Below are positions 41,158 to 48,583 of a stretch of 64,000 bases of DNA, in pieces (within the stretch, counting starts at the first letter, position 1; every line of letters starts with the position of its first letter). Both the position numbers and the translations under genes were made by a program. Under the pieces are notes generated by a model. That model saw nothing but the letters and a program-made list of their open reading frames with translations. It searched no databases and was not told where the DNA came from. Origin of the DNA: Candidatus Izemoplasmatales bacterium (lineage in GTDB: Bacteria > Bacillota_I > Bacilli_A > Izemoplasmatales > Hujiaoplasmataceae); NCBI GenBank assembly GCA_050949045.1, contig JBMNEZ010000001.1:384001-448000 (forward strand), in the 5' to 3' direction.

Positions 41158-43665
41158 ATGAAAACAAGAATACTCGGATTATTGATGGTTAGCTTAACCC
41201 TCGTTTTCCTTTTTGCTTGTAAAGAAACTTCGATCACCACGGCCTTGACCGATTCAACTACAACTGCGATCACAACCAAGACCAGTGTTCCCACAACCGC
41301 GACTGAGGCGACGACCACGACAACTGCCAACGATGATTTTCTGATCGCCAATCCCGGCTTTGAAAGCGGCGATCTTAGCGGTTGGACGGTGCTTTCAGGC
41401 GAAGCTTTCGCTTCGGAATATGTCACAAATGCTTCTCGCATTGGCTCCGCACCGTACAACAAAGCCGGCAACTATCTCTATGGCGCCGCTCCGGAAGCGT
41501 TGATTGGAAAGATGCGCTCTGAGAGTTTCCGAGTTTCGGGCAGCGGCTATGTGTCCTTCCTACTAGGTGGCGGCTATCTATCTGCTTTATGCTATGTCTC
41601 TGTTGTCGAGGAATCAACGCATCTGGAACTCTTCCGGATCGGCAATGAGGCTTTAGAGATTGTCGAACACTTCGGTCAGATGACGAGGCACTATGCCGAC
41701 TTATCGCCCCATCTTGGAAAAGAGGTTTACTTCCTTGTGGTCGATGATCAGACGGCCAACGGCGGCTATCTGGTTGTCGATGATTTCATATCCTATTACG
41801 CCAGCACGCCCAATACTGATCAGGGAATCCTCGCAACGGACATCAAACCGAGTTTTCCGGATCTGACAACGATCCCGAACAGTCTCGATAACGGCGATTT
41901 CGCAACAAGAACGCTTGAAGGCTGGACAATCAGCGGCGAAAAGGGCGTCTTTCGCGACTCGCATATCAACGAGAGTGGAAGGCTCTCGAACCGTCCCGAT
42001 GAGACCAAGATCGGCGTCCTCCGCTCCCCGGCCTTCAAAGTCAGTGGGAAAAACATCATCTCCTTTCGGCTCGGAGCGACCAAACACGCTGATCTAACTT
42101 ATCTGTCGATCAAAGAAGTGGGCACGAACATCGAAGTCTACCGGACTTACAGCGATCGCTGGATCGACGCTCATGAGGAGGCAACCCATCTTTATTACAT
42201 CGATCTTGGAAAGCACAGCGGACAGGCTTTGTATTTGGAGTTTGTCGACAACTCCCGGGGTGATTGGGGACTCCTCACGATCGAGGATATCATCACCTAT
42301 TACGACAGCGATCCCGTCGTCACCGACGAGATCGGCTGGAATCTGCTTAATGAAATCGATCATAGACGTGATTATGATAATATGCGCGACTATATCGATC
42401 CGCTAATTGCCTCAATCTCCGATGAGGCTGAACGGATTACCTTCCAAAAAACCTTCTATTCAACCGTCGATGGCATCAAAAACAACAAAGGCGACTGGCC
42501 CGGCGTGCTCCACTACAAGGACAACGGAATGACTTTTGTCTATACGGGGGACATCCACGCGATGTGGCTAAGGGATTCGAGCGCTCAGGTCCTGCCTTAC
42601 CTCCAGTTCATGGAAATGGATCAGGATGTGAAACATATGGTCAGAGGCTTGCTTTTGCAGCAGTTCGAGCAGATCCGCCGCGATCCCTATGCCAATGCCT
42701 TCAACCCCGACGGGAGCGTCTTTGAAAAGAAATTTGAGATCGATTCGCTTTGTTATCCCTTGTGGCTCGCTGATAAGTATTACTCGCTTACAGCTGACGA
42801 TACGATCTTCGACTACTTCTTTGAGCTGACCGTCCGGAAGGTGATTGAGACCCTGAGAAACGAGCAGAACCATTCCGATCATAATTACCGGATCGAGAAC
42901 GAATACGACCGTTCGGTCGGCTCAAATGACTTCAATCCGGAAAGCAAGTTGATTTGGAGCGGCTATCGTCCAAGCGACGATGTCTGTCACTACAAGTACT
43001 TCATCTCCGGCAATATGTTCGCTGTCGCCACTCTGGAAAAAATGGCTATCCTATTTGAAAATCTCGGTCTTGACGATGAACTTCGCCTGGAGATGGAAGA
43101 CCTGGCGGAGGAAGTAAGAACCGCGATTGAAACCTACGGCGTCTATGATCACCCCGTCTATGGCAAGATCTATGTTTTCGAGACGACCGGCCTGACAAGC
43201 GATTCGGGTTCGGCAGCCGAAAAAATCTTGGCCGATGCGGCCAATATCCCGAGTTTGTTGGCGGCTCCGTGGCTTGGTTATCTCGAGGTCGACGATCAGG
43301 TCTACCAGAATACCAGGGCCTTCATCCTGAGCGATGATAATCCGTATTACCATGAAGGGACCTATGCGAGCGGCATTGGCGATCCCCACGACAGCATCTA
43401 TCATGAAAACCCCGCCCTTCCCGTCGTTTGGCACATGGCGCTCGCCATGCAAGGTCTCACGGCCACTGACCCCGATGAGATCGATTTGATGCTTGCCTAC
43501 ATGAAAAATACGACTGCGGGCACTTATGTAATGCACGAGGCCTTCAATGCCAACAACCCCTCCCAGTACACCCGTGATTTTTTTACCTGGCCCTGCGCCC
43601 TTTATGCCGAACTTTATCTCAGAAACAAACTCAACATCAACCTTGATCAAGGAGTGACGCCATGA
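41158..43665 (+). CDS. Lipoprotein: tandem NxGFE.G module fused to a GH125 exo-alpha-mannosidase domain
   Basis: Lipobox LFAC; TGDIHAMWLRDSSAQ, EKKFEIDSLCY, GYRPSDD, ANIPSLL, MHEAF, TRDFFTW. ATG 41158 follows AAGGAGG. Confidence 0.85.
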   Translation: MKTRILGLLMVSLTLVFLFACKETSITTALTDSTTTAITTKTSVPTTATEATTTTTANDDFLIANPGFESGDLSGWTVLSGEAFASEYVTNASRIGSAPYNKAGNYLYGAAPEALIGKMRSESFRVSGSGYVSFLLGGGYLSALCYVSVVEESTHLELFRIGNEALEIVEHFGQMTRHYADLSPHLGKEVYFLVVDDQTANGGYLVVDDFISYYASTPNTDQGILATDIKPSFPDLTTIPNSLDNGDFATRTLEGWTISGEKGVFRDSHINESGRLSNRPDETKIGVLRSPAFKVSGKNIISFRLGATKHADLTYLSIKEVGTNIEVYRTYSDRWIDAHEEATHLYYIDLGKHSGQALYLEFVDNSRGDWGLLTIEDIITYYDSDPVVTDEIGWNLLNEIDHRRDYDNMRDYIDPLIASISDEAERITFQKTFYSTVDGIKNNKGDWPGVLHYKDNGMTFVYTGDIHAMWLRDSSAQVLPYLQFMEMDQDVKHMVRGLLLQQFEQIRRDPYANAFNPDGSVFEKKFEIDSLCYPLWLADKYYSLTADDTIFDYFFELTVRKVIETLRNEQNHSDHNYRIENEYDRSVGSNDFNPESKLIWSGYRPSDDVCHYKYFISGNMFAVATLEKMAILFENLGLDDELRLEMEDLAEEVRTAIETYGVYDHPVYGKIYVFETTGLTSDSGSAAEKILADAANIPSLLAAPWLGYLEVDDQVYQNTRAFILSDDNPYYHEGTYASGIGDPHDSIYHENPALPVVWHMALAMQGLTATDPDEIDLMLAYMKNTTAGTYVMHEAFNANNPSQYTRDFFTWPCALYAELYLRNKLNINLDQGVTP

Positions 43666-46163
43666 AAAAGCTGATTCTTTTGATTCTGACCATTATTCTC
43701 ACTTTTGCGCTCCTGCCCTTTTATTCAAGTGTGAGAGCGGAAGCGCCCCTCAGGGAGTATGGAGCCGATCTCGCCTTTAAAAGGCGCGTCGTCTCGAGTC
43801 CGAATACCGATCAAAACCTCAACATCAATGCCGTTGACAACGATCCTTCAAGCCGCTATGCGGCCGTGAAGGATGATTCTGCCTTTTTCTATGTCGATCT
43901 CGGATCAGTGGAGAAGATTGGCAAGGTCGTAATCGCTTTCGAAGCGGCCTATGCCAAAAAGTATCTGCTTCAACTGTCAAACGATGCCTTGACGTGGACG
44001 ACGGTGGCGACGGTGACCAATACCAAGGCGACGGTGAATGAAATCATCTTCCCCGAGTACCTTGAAGCCAAGTTTGTCCGTTTTCAGGGCGTTGAAAGGG
44101 GCATGGTTGATTATGGCTATTCATTCTGGAGTTTCGAGGTCTATGGACCCAAAAACCTGGCAGTGGGGGCCAATGTCGTCTTTGTTTCCTCAAATGAAAA
44201 CGAAGTCGAACTGAACAAAAGCTGTCTGACCGACGGCCTTGCCCACACGAGGTGGGCATCCGGCGTCGCTGATGGCCAGCATGTGATCATCGACCTTCTT
44301 GAAGCCAAGACTTTCGATCTCATCAAGATCCGCTGGGAAGTCTCCTTTGCAAGACGGTTTGCCATTTATGGCTACGAGGGAACACCTGATGGCGCTTATC
44401 CCGAAAGAGACGATGCTTCCTGGTTTGAAATCGAGAGATCGGATGTCGGTCTTGGCGAAGTCGATACTTTCAAACTTGATGGTGATCAGACCACAAGATT
44501 CATCAAACTCGAACTGATCCAAAGGGAAACGAACGAAGTGACGAAGAAGACCGGACGTTTTCCCTGGGAATCGACCTTCTCGATTTATGAATTCGAAATC
44601 TATGACTGGGATGCCATCCACGCAGCTCCTCTGGGCAGCGTCATGGAATTTTCCAAAGCCGCTCCCGCCTGGACGGCGATGGCCAACATAACCTTGAATG
44701 AAAGCGGGTTATTGCTGGCGCCGATCGGTTATCCCATTGAAGCCGATGGCAAGGTGACCGACCTTGCGAGCATCGCCAGTGGCGACATTCCCGGTTTTGA
44801 ATCTTATGCTGTTTATAATCCCGCCGTCATTTATGATGATGAAAGGGAAATGTTTCATATGATCTACCGAGCGGAACTCCCCGATAACTTCCATCACTAT
44901 TTCGGGGAGAAATATCCGCTTGGCCATATGTCCAGCCTGGCTTATGCTTTTTCCTTCGACGGCATCAACTGGGAAAGAGGAGCCGAAAATCCGATCGCCT
45001 GGGCGACATCCGCCGATGAAAAAGGCGGCGGCCTTGAGGATCCCAGGATGTTCAAAATCGAAAATGACCCTAATCGGGGGGGACTGACAACCTACTACAT
45101 CACCTACACGATGTATGACAACAACATGACTCGTGAGGGCATCATCTACACCCATGATTTTGTGACTTTCACCAAGGTCGGCAGACTCGCTCCCGATTAT
45201 CCAAACAACAACAAATCAGGAACCTACGTGACAGACCCCGAAGGGAATGCCGTGCTGATCAATGACCCAAGGCCGGGCAAGACCGGCAAGGTCTACATGA
45301 TCTACATGAAAGACGGAGGTTACACGAGAATCGGCTTCACGACCGATGTCATCAGGATCGAAGCCGAAGACATCATCGATATCGACACTTCAGGGTTTGG
45401 TTCAAACCATATCGAAGCCCTGACCAAGGGCAATGAGTCGTGCATGGCCTTGACCAATATCTATGGAGAAGAAGATCAAGATATTTATCTGATGTATGGC
45501 GGCGGCGTCCTGAGCGATCCGGAAATCAAGAACCAACAACCAAACGCCAGCGGCTGGTTTTATGCCTTGGGCGTTCTCAAAACGACCAAAGCGAATCCGT
45601 TTGAACTCACCCATTTCGATTATGATCTTAATGAACCCTCGATGTATCCCACCGATACGAACAAAATCGATTACGGCCTCTTCGACAAGTGCATGTTCGC
45701 CGATTCGCTGATCCGCCATGACAATCAATGGTATCTCTACTACGGAGCTGGCGACATGTATGTGGGAGCCGCCCTTGCAAGAGCGGATTTCACCGCCCCC
45801 AGCGCCACCTATGAACTCGAAGGCACCACTTTGATCGCAAGCACCACCGCTCTAAACAAGAAATACAAAGACGAGATGACGCCGCTGCTTGTCGAATTCG
45901 CGGTTGACGTCTACAACCTTGACGGCACCTTGCTCGACACGGTTGTGAAGAGTTATGAGATCGAGCACTTCACCATCTCGCCAATTGGCATTTACGAACA
46001 AGGCACCGAAATCACGGTAGCGGTCGATTTAACAAAGATCAGCGCGCTGGAAACGGATTACTATGTCATCGGTTACATCCGCGATCAACTTACAAAAGAA
46101 CGGCTGAACAATCCTTCAAGTTATCTGCACGTCACACCGATCATCATTTATCCTGAAGGTTAG
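43662..46163 (+). CDS. Secreted protein: two F5/8-type C (discoidin/CBM32-like) domains plus a GH130-like beta-propeller
   Basis: Signal peptide; VDLGS..FEAAYAKKY..YSFWSFEVYG twice; YNPAV, IYRA, LEDPRM, YLYYGAGD. Confidence 0.75.
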   Translation: MKKLILLILTIILTFALLPFYSSVRAEAPLREYGADLAFKRRVVSSPNTDQNLNINAVDNDPSSRYAAVKDDSAFFYVDLGSVEKIGKVVIAFEAAYAKKYLLQLSNDALTWTTVATVTNTKATVNEIIFPEYLEAKFVRFQGVERGMVDYGYSFWSFEVYGPKNLAVGANVVFVSSNENEVELNKSCLTDGLAHTRWASGVADGQHVIIDLLEAKTFDLIKIRWEVSFARRFAIYGYEGTPDGAYPERDDASWFEIERSDVGLGEVDTFKLDGDQTTRFIKLELIQRETNEVTKKTGRFPWESTFSIYEFEIYDWDAIHAAPLGSVMEFSKAAPAWTAMANITLNESGLLLAPIGYPIEADGKVTDLASIASGDIPGFESYAVYNPAVIYDDEREMFHMIYRAELPDNFHHYFGEKYPLGHMSSLAYAFSFDGINWERGAENPIAWATSADEKGGGLEDPRMFKIENDPNRGGLTTYYITYTMYDNNMTREGIIYTHDFVTFTKVGRLAPDYPNNNKSGTYVTDPEGNAVLINDPRPGKTGKVYMIYMKDGGYTRIGFTTDVIRIEAEDIIDIDTSGFGSNHIEALTKGNESCMALTNIYGEEDQDIYLMYGGGVLSDPEIKNQQPNASGWFYALGVLKTTKANPFELTHFDYDLNEPSMYPTDTNKIDYGLFDKCMFADSLIRHDNQWYLYYGAGDMYVGAALARADFTAPSATYELEGTTLIASTTALNKKYKDEMTPLLVEFAVDVYNLDGTLLDTVVKSYEIEHFTISPIGIYEQGTEITVAVDLTKISALETDYYVIGYIRDQLTKERLNNPSSYLHVTPIIIYPEG

Positions 46164-46171
46164 GAGGAATC

Positions 46172-48292
46172 ATGATGAAAAAATACTATCTGCTCTTCCT
46201 CCTTATTCTCTTGACTGCTCTTGGCGGCTGTCAAGAGGAAACGACTCTGCCCACAACCCTGCCGGTCACAACTGCCTCAACCACCACTCTGTTGGCGCTT
46301 GAGGCGCCCGGCAATCTTGTTTTGGCCGACAGGACTCTGAGCTGGGGCGAGGTGCCGGGGGCGAATGAGTACATCGTCAGGATCGACGGCAGGGAAACAA
46401 ACGTTTCGACAAACTCCTACCTTATCCCGGAATCCGTTTACGGCAAACTCTCGATCAGTGTCAAGGCCAAAGCCGGGACAGTGGAATCACCGTTTTCAAA
46501 TCCGATACTGAGAACGATCTACTATGTGTTGTCACAGCCGGAAAATATAGCCCAGAACGGCACCTTGATCACCTGGGATGAAGTTCTATGTGCGAGCGGC
46601 TATGTCATCAAGGTGAACGGTGTCGAGATCGTCCTTGAAGACAATGAATACAATATCGATATCGCCACCTCTAAAACGATCAATGTGAGAGCGATCTGTC
46701 CCTCTGATTCCTATATCATCAATAGCGATTTCACTGTTGATTTTGTGACCAAGACCAGACTGCAAACGCCCTCGGGCATCCGCTATGAAGAAGGCAGGCT
46801 GGTTTGGGATGCGGTCGCAAACGCTGATGGTTACCGGCTGACGATCGGGGCTTCCAGTTACCAGGTCGCGATCAATGTTTTTACCGATGTTTCGGCTTAT
46901 CGCGGAGAAGAAACAGTCACTGTGACAGCCAAGAACACTCTGGGGCTGTATCTTGATTCGATTGCGGCTTCAGCGATCATCGATTTTCCGATCCAGAGAC
47001 TTCCAAAAGTGACCGGCATAGAAGTCTCTGGAAACAATTTGAGGTTTGAGGGAAGCGCCGGCGCCACCGTTTATGATATCTACTATGGCGGGAACTACTT
47101 TGCGACGATCACGGAAACAACCTACCTCATACCCCCCTCGATCATGGCTGATCCAGACAGCTATCTCCAAGTCGTTGCCAAAGCCGATGGCTTCCATGAT
47201 TCGCCTCTGAGCGAGAAGGTCTTCGTCAACTATGAACTGATCTCGACCGAAGCGGAACTGATCGCCATGACCGCCGGCGGGCACTATGTTCTCGCAAACG
47301 ATATCGCGCTTACTGCGCCCTGGATTCCGCTTGATTTCTCAGGAAGCTTAAACGGCAACGATTTCGAGATTTCAAACATCGTTATCAGCGACGCATACCA
47401 GAACACCGGTTTGTTCGGCGTCTTGAATGAAGCGACGATCACCAATCTCAACCTGAACGGCGACATCAATTTCATCAGCGGTTTGTTTGCGGTCAATGTC
47501 GGTTCTCTCGCAGGAACGATCACAAGTTCAGAGATCGCCAATGTCAGCGCCAGATTCACGATCAACGCAGCTTCCCATAACGGAGTGGGAACAGTTGGCG
47601 GCCTGGTCGGCCTGCTTGAAAACACCAATCTCTATCGAAGCCATTTTGCGGGCGAAATAACAACCGCCAATATGACCACCGGCGGCCTCATCGGCAAGGC
47701 CCAGAACCCACTCGCATCCTCATCAGTCCACCAGTCAAGCGTTACAGCCGCCATCTTTAGTTCGGGCGGCCTTGAGAGCCCGGCGGGCGGTTTCATCGGC
47801 GTCATGAACAACAATTATCTTTCAATCAGCGAAGCTATGGCGAGGGTTGAAGTGGTCGGCGCAAACACCGTCGGCGGTTTTGTCGGCCGACTGGACTTTG
47901 GACATATCAGCGACAGTTACGCTATCGGAACCGTGGAAGCGACAAACACCGAATTTGTGAGCCTCGGCGGCTTCATCGGCATGCTTGTGGGCTACAACGC
48001 GACCGTCGTCAATATCTTGTCGGCTGTCGATGTCGTTGATCCTTTGGGCAACATTGAAGTCTACGCGGGCGGCTTCACGGGACTTACACCCGGAGGCAGT
48101 TACGCTCTCATGTATGACAATTGTCACTACCAAAGCCTGGCAAATCCGATTGACCGGATCGGCAACGCCGAAACCGGCAGAGGCGATGGCATCGCCCTGC
48201 TTGTCGGCTTAGAAGACATTTCCGGCTTCAGCCCATCAATCTGGGATTTTGGGACATTCTTCAAGTTAGTATGGGAAAAAGAAGCAGACTAA
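46172..48292 (+). CDS. Lipoprotein with FN3-like repeats and a GLUG/ZmpB-like beta-helix region
   Basis: Lipobox LGGC; L.AP.NL..LSW.EV..A..Y repeats; YVLANDI, FSGSLNGN, repeated VGGLVG/VGGFVG. Confidence 0.7.
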   Translation: MMKKYYLLFLLILLTALGGCQEETTLPTTLPVTTASTTTLLALEAPGNLVLADRTLSWGEVPGANEYIVRIDGRETNVSTNSYLIPESVYGKLSISVKAKAGTVESPFSNPILRTIYYVLSQPENIAQNGTLITWDEVLCASGYVIKVNGVEIVLEDNEYNIDIATSKTINVRAICPSDSYIINSDFTVDFVTKTRLQTPSGIRYEEGRLVWDAVANADGYRLTIGASSYQVAINVFTDVSAYRGEETVTVTAKNTLGLYLDSIAASAIIDFPIQRLPKVTGIEVSGNNLRFEGSAGATVYDIYYGGNYFATITETTYLIPPSIMADPDSYLQVVAKADGFHDSPLSEKVFVNYELISTEAELIAMTAGGHYVLANDIALTAPWIPLDFSGSLNGNDFEISNIVISDAYQNTGLFGVLNEATITNLNLNGDINFISGLFAVNVGSLAGTITSSEIANVSARFTINAASHNGVGTVGGLVGLLENTNLYRSHFAGEITTANMTTGGLIGKAQNPLASSSVHQSSVTAAIFSSGGLESPAGGFIGVMNNNYLSISEAMARVEVVGANTVGGFVGRLDFGHISDSYAIGTVEATNTEFVSLGGFIGMLVGYNATVVNILSAVDVVDPLGNIEVYAGGFTGLTPGGSYALMYDNCHYQSLANPIDRIGNAETGRGDGIALLVGLEDISGFSPSIWDFGTFFKLVWEKEAD

Positions 48293-48335
48293 GAATTTTG
48301 GATAGATAAACATAGGATTGTAGGAGGTGGTGCCT

Positions 48336-48455
48336 TTGATTGAAAGAAACATCGAGGCGCGAACAACAATGAGAAACGCATCTAAGGGATTGCTTGTGCT
48401 CAAAAGCGAATTACCAGACAAACGAGAAGCAACTTATAAAGGAGAATGTGTATGA
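48336..48455 (+). CDS. Possible 39-aa upstream ORF coupled to precursor 1
   Basis: AGGAGGT at 48322-28, TTG at 48336; its TGA overlaps the precursor ATG (ATGA). No recognisable motif. Confidence 0.3.
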   Translation: MIERNIEARTTMRNASKGLLVLKSELPDKREATYKGECV

Positions 48456-48583
48456 AAGAAAAACAGACAAAAAAACAATATGAAAGGCCGATGCTTGAAG
48501 TGATCGAATTTGACCTCGAAGACAGCATCGCGACGAGCATGGATTTCGGCCCTTCGACGATTTGCGGTGAGCAGACATGGTAA
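48452..48583 (+). CDS. RiPP-like precursor peptide 1, 43 aa: MKEKQTKKQYERPMLEVIEFDLEDSIATSMDFGPSTICGEQTW
   Basis: Translated by hand. RBS AAGGAG; YxxPxL leader motif; near-identical paralog at 55101 with only synonymous differences over 21 codons. Confidence 0.9.
   Translation: MKEKQTKKQYERPMLEVIEFDLEDSIATSMDFGPSTICGEQTW

Noticed and set aside
25800..48200. Many 100-226-aa minus-strand ORFs
   Set aside because: All lie antisense to well-supported genes, as expected from codon bias in this higher-GC region.
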